64,000 bases of DNA from Bacteroidaceae bacterium (GTDB lineage Bacteria > Bacteroidota > Bacteroidia > Bacteroidales > Muribaculaceae), in assembly GCA_021768245.1 (NCBI GenBank), contig JAETNO010000018.1, positions 3,416 to 67,415 on the forward strand. Reading direction: 5' to 3'. Below are positions 21,227 through 32,219 of this stretch, one piece after another. Under the pieces are notes generated by a model. The model ran no database searches, was not told the DNA's origin, and was given only the letters and a program-made list of their open reading frames with translations. Position 1 is the stretch's first letter. Every line of letters starts with the position of its first letter. A program made the translations under genes and the position numbers.

Positions 21227-21257
21227 TTTGTTTTTTCGGACAAAATAGATACATTTG
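21227..21257 (+). promoter_or_regulatory. his operon promoter
   Basis: TTTG-N19-TACATTTG. Confidence 0.75.
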
Positions 21258-21274
21258 TCCCAACGACAGCATAT

Positions 21275-21328
21275 ATGACAATATTTCACCATATCCATCA
21301 TCACCATCACCACTTTCCGAAGGGGTAA
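21275..21328 (+). CDS. hisL: His leader peptide MTIFHHIHHHHHHFPKG
   Basis: 8 His codons in 9, between promoter and attenuator hairpin upstream of hisG. Confidence 0.85.
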   Translation: MTIFHHIHHHHHHFPKG

Positions 21329-21379
21329 GACGGATATGTACATGTAAACGGAACCATAAGTTTAACAAAAGTATATACG

Positions 21380-21408
21380 AAGCTCACCCCCTGCGGGTGG
21401 GCTTTTTT
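21380..21408 (+). terminator. his attenuator terminator
   Basis: AAGCTCACCC/GGGTGGGCTT stem followed by a T run. Confidence 0.8.
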
Positions 21409-21450
21409 CGTGCTTATGCCGCGGGCGGTGTGCCAAAATCGACAAAAAAA

Positions 21451-22302
21451 ATGCTGAGAATCGCAATCCAGGCCAAGGGCCGACTCAACGAACAGAGCAT
21501 CGAACTGCTCTCCGAGGCGGGCATCCGCGTCGCCGAAAGCAAACGCAAACTCATCTCGCGCGCCGGGGGCTTCCCGCTGGAAGTGCTCTACCTGCGCGAC
21601 GACGACATCCCGCAGGCCGTGGCGATGGGCGTCGCCGACCTGGGCATCGTGGGGCTGAACGAAGTGGCGGAGAAAGGATTCCGCGTAGAGCAGGCGATGG
21701 ATCTCGGGTTCGGAAACTGCCGCATCTCGCTGGCCGTGGAACGCACGGTGGCATACGAAGGGCTGGATTATTTCCGCGGCAAGCGCGTCGCCACCTCCTA
21801 CCCCAACATCCTCACGCGGTTCTTCGCCGAAAAGGGCATCGACGCCGAAATACACACCATCGAGGGCTCGGTGGAGATCGCCCCGGCGGTCGGGATGTCC
21901 GACGCGATCTTCGACATCGTATCGTCGGGCGGCACGCTCATCTCGAACGGGCTGGTCGAAGTCGAGAAGGTCTTTTATTCCGAAGCGGTGCTGATCGCCA
22001 ACCCGGAAATGGACGAGGCGAAGCGCCGTGAAACGGCACAGCTCACCTTCCGCTTCAACTCCATCCTCGAAAGCCGGGGCATGAAATACGTGCTGATGAA
22101 CCTCCCGGCGGAGAAACTCCAGGAAGCAATCGTCATCCTGCCCGGCATGCGCAGCCCCACGATCCTGCCGCTGGCGCAGGAGGGATGGTGTTCGATACAC
22201 GCCGTGATCAGCGAATCCCAGCTCTGGGAACGCATCGAACGGCTCAAGGAGATCGGCGCGGAAGACATCCTGGTGCTGACGCTCGAAAACATGATCCGCT
22301 GA
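21451..22302 (+). CDS. hisG: ATP phosphoribosyltransferase (long form)
   Basis: MLRIAIQAKGRL, LRDDDIP, GSVEIAP, DIVSSGGTL. Confidence 0.95.
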   Translation: MLRIAIQAKGRLNEQSIELLSEAGIRVAESKRKLISRAGGFPLEVLYLRDDDIPQAVAMGVADLGIVGLNEVAEKGFRVEQAMDLGFGNCRISLAVERTVAYEGLDYFRGKRVATSYPNILTRFFAEKGIDAEIHTIEGSVEIAPAVGMSDAIFDIVSSGGTLISNGLVEVEKVFYSEAVLIANPEMDEAKRRETAQLTFRFNSILESRGMKYVLMNLPAEKLQEAIVILPGMRSPTILPLAQEGWCSIHAVISESQLWERIERLKEIGAEDILVLTLENMIR

Positions 22303-22321
22303 CCCCGAAAAACACCCGGAT

Positions 22322-23617
22322 ATGGAAATGCTGAAAATCCACAACAACCCGCCGCGCCGTGAATGGCCGGCCCTCACGGCCCGCTGCACGCGGCAGGAGG
22401 GCGAAATCACGGAACGGGTCGCCGCCATCCTCTCACAGGTGCGCACGGGCGGCGACAAGGCGCTGCGCGACCTCGTGGCCCGCATCGAAGGTTACGTCCC
22501 CGAGAGGTTCGAGGTTTCCCGCAGGCAGCGCACCGAAGCGGCCAAAGCCGTGCCGCAACGGCTCAAGACGGCGCTTGCGATCGCCAAGTCCAATATCGAA
22601 GCCTTCCACAGGGCACAGCTCCCGCCGCAGGTCGACATCGAAGTGATGCCCGGCGTGCGGTGTGTGCAGCGCGCCGTAGCCATCGGCCGCGTGGGGCTCT
22701 ACGTCCCGGGCGGCAATGCCCCGCTCTTCTCGACGGTGCTGATGCTCGCCCTGCCCGCCCGGATCGCCGGGTGCGGCGAGGTCATACTCTGCACCCCGGC
22801 CGGGCGCGGCGGGAAGATCGCCCCCGAGGTGCTTTTCGCCGCCGACCTGTGCGGCGTCGACCGCATCTTCGCCGTCGGCGGGGCGCAGGCCGTGGCCGCC
22901 ATGGCCTACGGCACGGAAAGCATCCCGCACGTCGAAAAAATCTTCGGCCCGGGAAACAGGTACGTCACCCGCGCCAAGCAGCTGGTAAGCACCGAGGCCG
23001 TGGCCGTAGACCTGCCGGCAGGCCCTTCGGAGGTGATGGTGCTGGCCGACAACAGCGCCCGGGCGGAATTCGTCGCCGCCGATCTGCTGTCGCAGGCCGA
23101 GCACGGGGACGACAGCCAGGCCATCCTGGTCTGCCGGACGGAGCGTTTCGCACGGCAGGTAACCCGGGCCGTCGAGGAGCAGATCCGGTATCTCAGCCGC
23201 GGCGAGGCGATCCGCAATTCGCTGGCCAACAGCCGGATCGTATTGTTCGACGAGGAATACAAGCAGATTGCGTTCGCCAACGCCTATGCCCCGGAGCACC
23301 TGATCGTCTCGATGCGCGACGCATGGGGCATCGCCGCCAAGATCACGGCCGCGGGCAGCGTCTTCATCGGCAATTACTCGCCCGAAAGCGCCGGGGACTA
23401 CGCCTCGGGCACCAATCACACGCTGCCCACGGGCGGCTGGGCCCGTGCCTGCAGCGGGGTGAACGTCGACAGTTTCATGCGCAAGATCACATTCCAGGAG
23501 CTGACGCGCGACGGGCTCGACGCGCTGGCGCCCGCAATCACGGCCATGGCCGAGGCCGAAGGGCTCGACGCACACGCCAACGCCGTGCGCGTCCGGATGA
23601 AAGGAGGGATACTATGA
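22322..23617 (+). CDS. hisD: Histidinol dehydrogenase
   Basis: [33 protein letters not shown]. Confidence 0.96.
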   Translation: MEMLKIHNNPPRREWPALTARCTRQEGEITERVAAILSQVRTGGDKALRDLVARIEGYVPERFEVSRRQRTEAAKAVPQRLKTALAIAKSNIEAFHRAQLPPQVDIEVMPGVRCVQRAVAIGRVGLYVPGGNAPLFSTVLMLALPARIAGCGEVILCTPAGRGGKIAPEVLFAADLCGVDRIFAVGGAQAVAAMAYGTESIPHVEKIFGPGNRYVTRAKQLVSTEAVAVDLPAGPSEVMVLADNSARAEFVAADLLSQAEHGDDSQAILVCRTERFARQVTRAVEEQIRYLSRGEAIRNSLANSRIVLFDEEYKQIAFANAYAPEHLIVSMRDAWGIAAKITAAGSVFIGNYSPESAGDYASGTNHTLPTGGWARACSGVNVDSFMRKITFQELTRDGLDALAPAITAMAEAEGLDAHANAVRVRMKGGIL

Positions 23618-24648
23618 AACCGCTGTCGCAGTTGGTGCGCCCCAACATCCTGGCGCTGCAACCCTACTCCACAGCCCGCGACGAATATGCGGGCGGCGGG
23701 ATCGACGTATGGCTCGACGCCAACGAAAGCCCCTACGACAACGGCGTGAACCGTTACCCCGACCCGCACCAGCGGGCGCTGAAAGCCCTGATCGCGGAAC
23801 TGAAAGGCGTGGACGCCGGACGGATCTTCATCGGCAACGGCAGCGACGAGGCCATCGACCTCGCATTCCGGATCTTCTGCCGGCCGGGGCTGGACAACGC
23901 CGTGTCGATCGCCCCGACCTACGGGATGTACCGCGTGGCGGCTGCGACGAACGACGTGCAGATGCGCGAAGTGCCGCTGGGAGCCGGCTACTCGCTCCCG
24001 GTCGGGGCACTGCTGGCGGCAGCCGACGAGCGCACGAAGCTGATGTGGCTCTGCTCGCCCAACAACCCCACGGGCAATGCGTTCCCGGCGCGGGAGATCG
24101 AAAGCCTGCTCCGCCGCTTCGACGGCATCGTCGTGCTGGACGAAGCCTACATCGACTTCGCCGACGGCGGCGGGTTCCTGCCGCGGCTGGGCGAGTTCCC
24201 GAACCTGATCATCCTCCAGACGCTCTCCAAGGCGTGGGGCATGGCCGGGCTGAGGCTCGGACTGGCTTTCGCCTCGGAGGAGATCGCCGGCCTATTCGGC
24301 CGGGTGAAATACCCTTACAACATCAACACGCTCACGCAGCGGGCCGTCGCGGAATCGCTCCGCAGGGACATCTCGGCCGAGGTGGCGGCGATCCGCGCCG
24401 AACGCTCGCGCCTGGCGGCGGCACTCGCGGCATGCCCCTGCATCGGGCAGGTCTACCCGTCGGAAGGCAACTTCCTGCTGGTAAGAACCGCGGCACCCGA
24501 CCTGTTGTACCGGGAGCTGGTCGCAGCGGGGGTCATCGTCCGCAACCGTTCGCGGATCGCAGGTTGCGAAGGATGCCTGCGCATCACGGTCGGGCGCCCG
24601 GAGGAGAACGACCGCATGTTGGAAACCGTCAAAAATTTCCGCCCATGA
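23614..24648 (+). CDS. hisC: Histidinol-phosphate aminotransferase
   Basis: [43 protein letters not shown] overlap with hisD. Confidence 0.95.
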   Translation: MKPLSQLVRPNILALQPYSTARDEYAGGGIDVWLDANESPYDNGVNRYPDPHQRALKALIAELKGVDAGRIFIGNGSDEAIDLAFRIFCRPGLDNAVSIAPTYGMYRVAAATNDVQMREVPLGAGYSLPVGALLAAADERTKLMWLCSPNNPTGNAFPAREIESLLRRFDGIVVLDEAYIDFADGGGFLPRLGEFPNLIILQTLSKAWGMAGLRLGLAFASEEIAGLFGRVKYPYNINTLTQRAVAESLRRDISAEVAAIRAERSRLAAALAACPCIGQVYPSEGNFLLVRTAAPDLLYRELVAAGVIVRNRSRIAGCEGCLRITVGRPEENDRMLETVKNFRP

Positions 24649-26060
24649 AAAAAGCGCTCTTCATAGACCGCGACGGCACCGTGATCGCGGAGCCGCCCGC
24701 GGATTACCAGGTCGACAGCCTCGAAAAGCTGGAATTCATACCCGGTGCGATCTCGGCGCTCCGGACGCTCCGGGAGCTGGATTTCGAACTGGTGATGGCG
24801 ACAAACCAGGACGGGCTGGGCACGGAGGCCTTCCCGGAGGAGGATTTCCGGCCGCCGCACGAAAAAATGCTGCGCACGCTCGCAGGCGAAGGCGTCGCCT
24901 TCGACGACATGCTCATCGACCGCACGTTCGAAAGCGACGATGCCCCGACGCGCAAACCCCGTACGGGCATGTTCGGCCGCTACACGGACGGGTCGTACGA
25001 CCTCGGGGCGAGCTACGTCGTCGGCGACCGGGCGACCGACATCCTGCTGGCGCGCAACCTCGGGGCGAAGGGCATCCTGCTGGCGCCTGCCGCCGAGGGG
25101 CGCAGGATGCTGCGGGAAGCAGGCGCGGAAGAGGCATGCGTGCTCATCACGGACTCGTGGGCCGAGATCGCGGAATACATCCGCCGCGGGGAACGGCGGG
25201 TCGTCGTGACGCGCGAAACGCGCGAAACGCGAATCACCGTACGGCTCGACCTCGACGGCCGGGGCTTCGGCACCTGCGGGACGGCGGAGAACAAAATGGC
25301 GGAGAACGGGACGGAAGGCAGACCGGAAAATACGGCTAGCAGTAAGAACGGCACATCTGACGATGCGGCGTACGGCACCTGTGGCGCTGTACGGAACGGC
25401 GGAAAGGAAACCGGAGCGGGCACCCTGCCGGAAAATACGGAAAACGGCCTGTCAAGCAGCCCCGGGAACGGCACACCGGGAAATCGGGCGGACAGCCCCG
25501 GCACACCGGGCACGGACATCCCGCCGTGTTCCCCGGCGGGATGCGGCGGCGCCCCGGGCGACGGGATTTCCACCGGGCTGCGGTTCCTGGATCACATGCT
25601 GGCCCAGATCGCCCACCACGGCGGGGTGTCGCTCACGGTGGAGGCGCACGGCGACCTGGATATCGACGAACACCACACGATGGAAGACGTGGCGATCGTG
25701 CTGGGCGAGGCCATCGACCGCGCCCTGGGGTCGAAAGCGGGCATCGGCCGCTACGGCTTCGCACTGCCGATGGACGACTGCCGGGCGCTGGTACTGCTCG
25801 ACTTCGGGGGGCGCATCGACTTCGAATGGGACGCCGAATTCCGCCGCGAGCGGGTCGGGGACGTCCCGACGGAGATGTTCCGCCACTTTTTCCACTCGCT
25901 CTGCTGCGCGGCACGCTGCAACCTGCAGATTTCGGCGCGCGGCGGGAACGACCACCACAAGGCCGAGGCGATCTTCAAGGCTTTCGCGCGTGCGCTGCGC
26001 ATGGCCGTGGCACGCACCGGCTTCGGATACGACATACCCAGCAGCAAAGGCATACTATGA
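24645..26060 (+). CDS. hisB: Bifunctional histidinol-phosphatase/IGP dehydratase with a ~100-aa insertion
   Basis: [35 protein letters not shown]. Confidence 0.93.
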   Translation: MKKALFIDRDGTVIAEPPADYQVDSLEKLEFIPGAISALRTLRELDFELVMATNQDGLGTEAFPEEDFRPPHEKMLRTLAGEGVAFDDMLIDRTFESDDAPTRKPRTGMFGRYTDGSYDLGASYVVGDRATDILLARNLGAKGILLAPAAEGRRMLREAGAEEACVLITDSWAEIAEYIRRGERRVVVTRETRETRITVRLDLDGRGFGTCGTAENKMAENGTEGRPENTASSKNGTSDDAAYGTCGAVRNGGKETGAGTLPENTENGLSSSPGNGTPGNRADSPGTPGTDIPPCSPAGCGGAPGDGISTGLRFLDHMLAQIAHHGGVSLTVEAHGDLDIDEHHTMEDVAIVLGEAIDRALGSKAGIGRYGFALPMDDCRALVLLDFGGRIDFEWDAEFRRERVGDVPTEMFRHFFHSLCCAARCNLQISARGGNDHHKAEAIFKAFARALRMAVARTGFGYDIPSSKGIL

Positions 26061-26644
26061 TAGCGATCACGGATTACGATACGGGCAACCTGCGTTCGGT
26101 AGCCAATGCCCTGCGGCGCATCGGCGCCGAATTTACGGTCACGTCCGACGCCGCGGTGCTGCGGCAGGCGGACAGGGTGCTCCTCCCGGGCGTGGGCGAA
26201 GCCTCGTCGGCAATGGCCAAACTCCGCGAACGGGGACTGGATGCGCTCATCCCCACCCTGACGCAACCCGTACTGGGCATCTGCATCGGCATGCAGCTGA
26301 TGTGCCTGGACAGCGAGGAGGGAGACACCCGCTGCCTGGGCATCTTCCCGGCGCACGTCGTGCGGCTGAGAGGCGGGGAAAATCCGCTGAAGATTCCCCA
26401 CGTAGGCTGGGACACCGTCGGCAGGCTCCGCAGCCCGCTTTTCGACGGCCTCGGCGAAGGCACCTACCTCTACTATGTCCACTCCTACGCGGCACAGGCG
26501 TGCGACGCCACGATCGCCCAAACCGACTACGGAGGGATATTCAGCGCCGCCCTGGGGCGCGGCAATTTCTTCGGCACGCAGTTCCACCCCGAAAAGAGCG
26601 GGCGGGCGGGCGAGCGGATACTGCGCAATTTCCTAAAACTCTGA
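26057..26644 (+). CDS. hisH: IGP synthase glutaminase subunit
   Basis: [20 protein letters not shown]. Confidence 0.95.
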   Translation: MIAITDYDTGNLRSVANALRRIGAEFTVTSDAAVLRQADRVLLPGVGEASSAMAKLRERGLDALIPTLTQPVLGICIGMQLMCLDSEEGDTRCLGIFPAHVVRLRGGENPLKIPHVGWDTVGRLRSPLFDGLGEGTYLYYVHSYAAQACDATIAQTDYGGIFSAALGRGNFFGTQFHPEKSGRAGERILRNFLKL

Positions 26645-26648
26645 CGAC

Positions 26649-27380
26649 ATGAAAATCGAAATCATACCCGCAACGGACATCATCGGCGGTGCCTGCGTGC
26701 GCCTGACGCAGGGCGACTACGGCCGCCGGACGACCTACTACCGCGACCCGCTGGAAGCGGCGCAACGCTTCGAAGAGGCGGGCATCCGCCGGCTGCACAT
26801 GGTCGACCTCGACGGCGCCAAGGCGTCGGAGCCCCGCAACCTCGCCGTGCTGGAACGCGTGGCGACGAAAACCACGCTCGAAGTACAGTACGGCGGCGGA
26901 ATCAAAAGCCGCGGGGCACTGCGCAGCGTATTCGACGCAGGCGCCAGCCGCGCCATCTGCGGCAGCATCGCCGTGCGTGAACCGGAATCGTTCGCCGAAT
27001 GGCTCGCCGAATTCGGCGGCGGGAAGCTGATCCTGGGCGCCGACATCCGCGACGGCGCGGTGGCCGTACAGGGATGGACGGAGCGATCCGAGATGACGGC
27101 GCAGGAGCTTATCGCCCGCTTCGCACCGCAGGGGCTCGCGCAGGTCATCTGCACCGACATCGCCCGCGACGGGATGCTGTGCGGCACCTCGGCGGAATTC
27201 TACGCTGGGTTGCAGGGACAGTTCCCCGGGGTGGAAATCACCGTGAGCGGCGGCATCGCCTCGATGACCGACATCGAGGCGCTCGACGGCGCGGGGCTGC
27301 GCAGCGTAATCGTCGGCAAAGCCCTCTACGAAGGACATATCACCCTCGAAGAACTGAAAAGATGCTTGCCAAACGCATAA
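26649..27380 (+). CDS. hisA: ProFAR isomerase
   Basis: [23 protein letters not shown]. Confidence 0.95.
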   Translation: MKIEIIPATDIIGGACVRLTQGDYGRRTTYYRDPLEAAQRFEEAGIRRLHMVDLDGAKASEPRNLAVLERVATKTTLEVQYGGGIKSRGALRSVFDAGASRAICGSIAVREPESFAEWLAEFGGGKLILGADIRDGAVAVQGWTERSEMTAQELIARFAPQGLAQVICTDIARDGMLCGTSAEFYAGLQGQFPGVEITVSGGIASMTDIEALDGAGLRSVIVGKALYEGHITLEELKRCLPNA

Positions 27381-28114
27381 TCCCCTGCCTCGACATCCGC
27401 GAGGGACAGACCGTCAAGGGCATCAACTTCGTCGGGCTGCGCAACGTCGGCGACCCGGTGGAGCTGGGGGCGAAATACGCCGCCGAAGGGGCCGACGAAC
27501 TGGTATACCTCGACATCAGCGCCACGGAAGAGGGGCGGCAGACCTTCACGGAGCTGGTCGCCCGAATCGCCGAACGCATCGACATCCCGTTCACCGTGGG
27601 CGGAGGCATCGCATCGGTCGCCGACGCCGGGCGGCTGCTCGACGCCGGGGCGGACAAGGTCACCGTCAACAGCGCCGCCGTACGCGACCCTGCGCTGATC
27701 GACGCCATCGCGTCGAAATACGGGTCGCAGTTCGTCGTCGCGGCCATCGACGCGCGGATGACCGACGGCGTATGGCGCGTCACGACCCACGGCGGCAAAC
27801 GCATGACCGACCGCGAGCTTTTCGCATGGGCGCACGAAGTCTGCCAGCGGGGTGCGGGCGAGCTGCTCTTCACCTCGATGGACCACGACGGCACGCGCGA
27901 CGGCTACCCGTGCGAGACCTTCGCACGGCTGGCCGAGCTGCCCATCCCCATCATCGCCTCGGGCGGCGCAGGGTCGGTGCGGCACATTGCCGACGTGCTG
28001 ACGCTCGGCCGTGCCGACGCGGCGCTTGCGGCCAGCATCTTCCATTACAACGAAATCCCGATCCCCGTGCTCAAACGGGAATTGTACCGGCTGAATATCA
28101 ACGTAAGACAATAG
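27362..28114 (+). CDS. hisF: IGP synthase cyclase subunit
   Basis: [37 protein letters not shown]. Confidence 0.95.
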   Translation: MLAKRIIPCLDIREGQTVKGINFVGLRNVGDPVELGAKYAAEGADELVYLDISATEEGRQTFTELVARIAERIDIPFTVGGGIASVADAGRLLDAGADKVTVNSAAVRDPALIDAIASKYGSQFVVAAIDARMTDGVWRVTTHGGKRMTDRELFAWAHEVCQRGAGELLFTSMDHDGTRDGYPCETFARLAELPIPIIASGGAGSVRHIADVLTLGRADAALAASIFHYNEIPIPVLKRELYRLNINVRQ

Positions 28115-28119
28115 ACACC

Positions 28120-28740
28120 ATGGAAATCACAGCAAAACCCTTCGAGGCGCTCGACGCCTCGAAGCAGGCCGACGGACTGATCCCCGCCATCATACAGGAC
28201 GCGCGCACCCTGCGGGTGCTGATGCTCGGCTACATGAACCGGGAGGCTTACGAAAAGAGCCTTTCAGAAGGCCGCGTCACCTTTTACAGCCGCACGCGCC
28301 GCCGCCTCTGGACAAAAGGCGAAACGAGCGGCAACTACCTCGAAATCGTATCAGTCACCGCCGACTGCGACAACGACACGCTCCTCATACGTGCCATCCC
28401 CCACGGCCCGACCTGCCACACCGGGGCGGCGAGCTGCTTCGACGGGGCCGCGGCCGGGACGGAAGGTTTCATCCGCTATCTGCAGGGCGTCATCCAAAGG
28501 CGACACGCCGAGATGCCCGAGGGCTCCTACACGAGCAAACTCTTCGAGCGCGGCGTGAACAAGATCGCACAGAAAGTGGGCGAAGAGGCTGTGGAAACGG
28601 TTATCGAAGCCGTGGCAGGCAACCGCGAGGCGATGATCTACGAAGCCTCCGACCTGATATACCACCTGCTGGTGCTGCTCGAAGCCGCCGGATGCTCCAT
28701 CGCCGACCTCGAAGCGGAGCTGGCGCGTCGCCACAGCTAA
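28120..28740 (+). CDS. hisIE: Bifunctional PR-AMP cyclohydrolase/PR-ATP pyrophosphatase
   Basis: LWTKGETSG, DCDNDTLL, CHTG, KVGEEAVE. Confidence 0.95.
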   Translation: MEITAKPFEALDASKQADGLIPAIIQDARTLRVLMLGYMNREAYEKSLSEGRVTFYSRTRRRLWTKGETSGNYLEIVSVTADCDNDTLLIRAIPHGPTCHTGAASCFDGAAAGTEGFIRYLQGVIQRRHAEMPEGSYTSKLFERGVNKIAQKVGEEAVETVIEAVAGNREAMIYEASDLIYHLLVLLEAAGCSIADLEAELARRHS

Positions 28741-28804
28741 AAAAAGCTGCACCCCGCCCGGAAGCAAAATGGGCATGATCCCCACGGCGCAGCGCATGGA
28801 AAAG

Positions 28805-28830
28805 GCCGGCATGTCTCACGACATGCCGGC
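28805..28830. terminator. Hairpin between the convergent his operon and lipoprotein gene
   Basis: GCCGGCATGTC-N4-GACATGCCGGC. Confidence 0.5.
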
Positions 28831-28876
28831 TCGATTATTTACCATGCCACCGTCATCCGGACGGCAGGACATTCCG

Positions 28877-30331
28877 TTACTTGAAGACCAATGCACACTG
28901 CATCGCCTTCTCGGCGTCGCCCGAAGCGACCTTGGAGTTGAGTACGGTTTCGTGTTTGTTGATACGCATGTTCGGCGAACTCGAGCCCTCGAACGACATG
29001 GCGGAGACGCAGCCCAGCTCCTTCATGACCTTGGCCAGGTCGAGCATCGAAACGCCGACGCTGCCCTCGACCTGCTGGCCGCAGAATGCGAAGACCTTAC
29101 CCTGGGCCGTGACACCGACCGCAGCACGTGCATACGCGGGATTACCGGCATACCAGCCGCTGTTACTACCGTCGTTGCAGATCGTCTGCGCCTCGGTCAG
29201 GATATTACCGTCCCACAAAACCATCGGGATTCCGGAAACAGCCGTCTTGGCATCCCACACGGTACCGTCGCCCTGAACCCGAGCCGTGAAACTGCTGCCG
29301 TTCCTGAACGGGAACGCATAGAGTTTACCGTCGAATTTCTGCGACCAGGCCATCTTGTAGGCACCGTTGTTATCCTGCCCGATCGTAGCGAACGAATTGA
29401 TGGCATGAGGATCCTGAACGAACTGTCCGTCACGGATGATGGTCTGAACTGCGGTACCGGCAGAAGATACACCGACCAGGTATACGTTCCAGCTTCCGTC
29501 CAAACTTTCGAGCTCCTGAATCGTCTTAAGATCGGAGCCGTTGCCGACAACGCCCATCGTCGACTGCGGGCCCATGATGGCGATGTAGGCGATATTATTG
29601 TCGACGCCGTTCAGCTTCGTGGTCTTATAGACCTTGATATATTTGGGCAGCGTGCCGAAACTTCCCGTCTCGTCCGTCCATCCCTGGCTCAGCAGGGGAT
29701 CGGTATAGCCGGTCTGCTTGACGACATAGGTGTAGTCCGTCCCGCCGTAGGTGACCACCAGCGTCCCGTCGGCGAATTCGAGGTCGAACGTCTTGTTCTC
29801 GGGGGACTTCAGGGAAGCGCCCGGAACCAGCTCGATGTCGAAGACCATGGCATTGACATTCATGCCCGTCTTGTAAGCGATCGTGATGGTGTTACCGGCG
29901 ATGACCGCCTCTTCGTTGCCCACCTTCGCGGAGAGGATCGGGTTGGGAATATCCTTGGGCTTGGCCGACATCAGGTAGGTTTCTTCGTGGAGGTAGCCCA
30001 CGTTCACAACAACGCTGTAAGGGGACGTGAGGTTAACCTCGGCGGTCGCCGTGCCGGGCGTTTTGAGGATAGCACCCCAGGTCATATCGAACGTAACCGT
30101 CACCTTGGATAGGTCGGTCATGTTCTGGAACTCCCCGAACGTGATGGTCTTGTCCGCATCCGAAATGACGGCGGTGATCGTCGCATCGCCGTCGGCAGCC
30201 GTCACGGAAACGAAAGGTTGGGAGACTTCCGAGGGCCATTTTTCATCGTCGTCCGAACACGAGGCAATAAGAAATGCACCCATGCAGCACAACAACGCGG
30301 TCAACAGGGGGGGGGTAAAAAGTTTTTTCAT
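28877..30331 (-). CDS. Surface lipoprotein with C-terminal phosphodiester glycosidase (NAGPA-like) domain
   Basis: Lipobox IAS-C-SDDDE; ARAAVGVT...GVSMLDLAKVMKELGCVSAMSFEGSSS. Confidence 0.65.
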   Translation of the reverse strand: MKKLFTPPLLTALLCCMGAFLIASCSDDDEKWPSEVSQPFVSVTAADGDATITAVISDADKTITFGEFQNMTDLSKVTVTFDMTWGAILKTPGTATAEVNLTSPYSVVVNVGYLHEETYLMSAKPKDIPNPILSAKVGNEEAVIAGNTITIAYKTGMNVNAMVFDIELVPGASLKSPENKTFDLEFADGTLVVTYGGTDYTYVVKQTGYTDPLLSQGWTDETGSFGTLPKYIKVYKTTKLNGVDNNIAYIAIMGPQSTMGVVGNGSDLKTIQELESLDGSWNVYLVGVSSAGTAVQTIIRDGQFVQDPHAINSFATIGQDNNGAYKMAWSQKFDGKLYAFPFRNGSSFTARVQGDGTVWDAKTAVSGIPMVLWDGNILTEAQTICNDGSNSGWYAGNPAYARAAVGVTAQGKVFAFCGQQVEGSVGVSMLDLAKVMKELGCVSAMSFEGSSSPNMRINKHETVLNSKVASGDAEKAMQCALVFK

Positions 30332-30784
30332 AATCAGGTATTTTAGATTGAATAATTATGGGTTAGTTCTCCTTCGGGTATTTTAAGAAATTTATTCGGG
30401 GATAATCTCGATACAAGTAATTAATTTTACAATAGGAATGTGATACCACAAGTATCACACTTATATAATATAACAATCCATTTTAAAAATATAAATACGG
30501 CATTATTTCCACACGAATGTAGTAATAATATTTATTATTACAATGTTTTTTGAGTAAAAAAAGTTAATAAAAGAACCACCCAAAGTAATATTTTTTGGGT
30601 AATAAAATATAACTAACTGATTTCATGCGAAATAAGAAATTAATAAAATGCTCCCTCCGGGACAAAGCAAGATGCCCTCCCGGATTCGCCGGCCGCGGCA
30701 AAATAAAACAGGGCGGACGGACACAGCCGAACGGGGCGGGACAAAGGGTTGTGCGAAGATCGGTAGACGAGGAGAGGCGGGGAA

Positions 30785-30820
30785 CAAAAAAGGGACACCT
30801 GGCGTACAAGTGTCCCTTTG
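30785..30820 (-). terminator. Host tRNA terminator
   Basis: AAAGGGACAC/GTGTCCCTTT stem with T run on the minus strand just past the tRNA 3' fragment. Confidence 0.7.
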
Positions 30821-30827
30821 TATTTTG

Positions 30828-30869
30828 TAGCGGGTCCGAGACTTGAACTCGGGACCTCATGATTATGAA
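30828..30869 (-). repeat. 3' half of tRNA-Met(CAT), prophage att site
   Basis: Minus strand TTCATAA-TCATG-AGGTC-CCGAG-TTCAAGT-CTCGG-ACCCGCT-A; no D arm or 5' acceptor strand upstream. Confidence 0.85.
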
Positions 30870-30960
30870 ACGCCAAAGGTCTATTTTAACGAGCTGTATT
30901 TCCGTTATGTATATTCGCCGTCAAACTACTTTCACGCAAATTTGCACGTAGTTAAAATTA

Positions 30961-31473
30961 CTATTGCAGTTCTTTATACTTTATAACTTTATCTCTACTT
31001 TTATTGAATTGGAATTCAATGCTTGTGCGTTTGCCGTTAATATTAGCAATGCATACTTTTTTCCATCCAATGAATTCAGGCTTAAAATTCTCTTTAGGTT
31101 CGTAAACAAGATCTTGGTAATATTTAAATTCATGCCAAAGTTGCAACCACTTTTTTACATCTGAGGCTAATTTTTTATCGTCTTTAATTTTTTCTAAAGA
31201 CTTTATATGGTAATCAGCATCAGTCGTAATTTTAATGTTATTATAGCCGGATGCATTTATCTCTCTAACACATCGTTTTAGTTCATCCAAATTTCTAATG
31301 GTATTATTATCCGGCTTCCATTCTGTTTTTAATGAATCGGTTGGAAATGATTTTATTATTTCAAAATCGTAGATTCTATCTTGTTGTAAGTGTTCAATAA
31401 TTAGTTTTTCTTCTTTATTCTGACAGCTATAAAGAGCAAATATGGATGCAAATAAGAATAGACTTTTTTTCAT
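30961..31473 (-). CDS. AT-rich prophage lipoprotein downstream of the repressor
   Basis: Signal peptide with lipobox LYS-C; co-oriented with cI. Confidence 0.7.
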   Translation of the reverse strand: MKKSLFLFASIFALYSCQNKEEKLIIEHLQQDRIYDFEIIKSFPTDSLKTEWKPDNNTIRNLDELKRCVREINASGYNNIKITTDADYHIKSLEKIKDDKKLASDVKKWLQLWHEFKYYQDLVYEPKENFKPEFIGWKKVCIANINGKRTSIEFQFNKSRDKVIKYKELQ

Positions 31474-31509
31474 AGAGGCGTGGGCTAAAGGGTGTGACGC
31501 AATTAGTTT

Positions 31510-32148
31510 TTATTTTTCACTCATCAGCATGAGTACCCGATACATCCCATACATATCGCCAAATGCGACTTCAAACGGGGGATAATGCTGATTGAGAGAT
31601 ATACAAGTGACTACCTCGGCCGTTGAGCCGGGCATTATTTTTTTTATGACAGAGCCATTGCAGGTATCAAGGACATAAACCCTACCCCACTCGATAAATG
31701 CCTTCTCGTTTATCTTCTTGAGCAGTATTTTCGCACCGCTTGGGTATTCCGGCTCCATACTATCTCCACTAACGGTCATTGCAAATTCGGCCCCCTTAAT
31801 GGGCGATACGATCTTCTCGCAATCGTCGGGCTTCACCGATACGATAAAATCATTCAGAGTACCTCCCTGTGCCGTCAAAGGTAAAAGCGGAATCATCTTT
31901 ACATCCTCGTAATTTGTTTGCATCAAAGAATTTTCCCCTTTGATCATATACCCTTTGCCTGTCATAAGCCATTCTGTATTTAAGTCGGGAAAATTCAAAG
32001 CAATTCTTTCTAATTTATCCGGCTGCATAGATTGGCGCATTGAAGTAATGAAAGCAGATGACACTCCTATTCGTCTTCCAAATTCAGATTTAGAAATTTT
32101 CTTCTCCTCTAAATATTTTATAAGTCGATCTTTTACAGTTGATTCCAT
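31510..32148 (-). CDS. CI-like repressor (HTH plus S24 peptidase)
   Basis: SKSEFGRRIGVS HTH; NTEWLMTGKG; VSGDSMEP and VIKK; start reassigned to MESTVK. Confidence 0.9.
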   Translation of the reverse strand: MESTVKDRLIKYLEEKKISKSEFGRRIGVSSAFITSMRQSMQPDKLERIALNFPDLNTEWLMTGKGYMIKGENSLMQTNYEDVKMIPLLPLTAQGGTLNDFIVSVKPDDCEKIVSPIKGAEFAMTVSGDSMEPEYPSGAKILLKKINEKAFIEWGRVYVLDTCNGSVIKKIMPGSTAEVVTCISLNQHYPPFEVAFGDMYGMYRVLMLMSEK

Positions 32149-32155
32149 TTTATGC

Positions 32156-32219
32156 GCTTTGAATAAATAAAAATATGCTTTGAAATATTTGGACAATTCA
32201 AAGCGTTTCTTTAAATTTG
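32156..32219 (+). promoter_or_regulatory. Early lytic promoter with putative operators
   Basis: TTTG (32188)-N20-TAAATTTG; GCTTTGAA at 32156 and 32177, inverted at 32197. Confidence 0.6.

Noticed and set aside
22363..28740. Apparent giant HisC (761 aa) and HisB (783 aa), and N-extended HisH, HisF and HisIE
   Set aside because: Upstream open-frame extensions; real starts lie at the overlaps with or just after the preceding gene
12898..30386. Many long overlapping or antisense ORFs (e.g. 13859..15016, 16897..18267, 21307..22485, 28769..30112)
   Set aside because: Shadow frames of GC-rich genes; Arg/Pro/Ala-rich with no motifs
30564..30876. ORFs over the att region
   Set aside because: They translate the tRNA fragment and terminator
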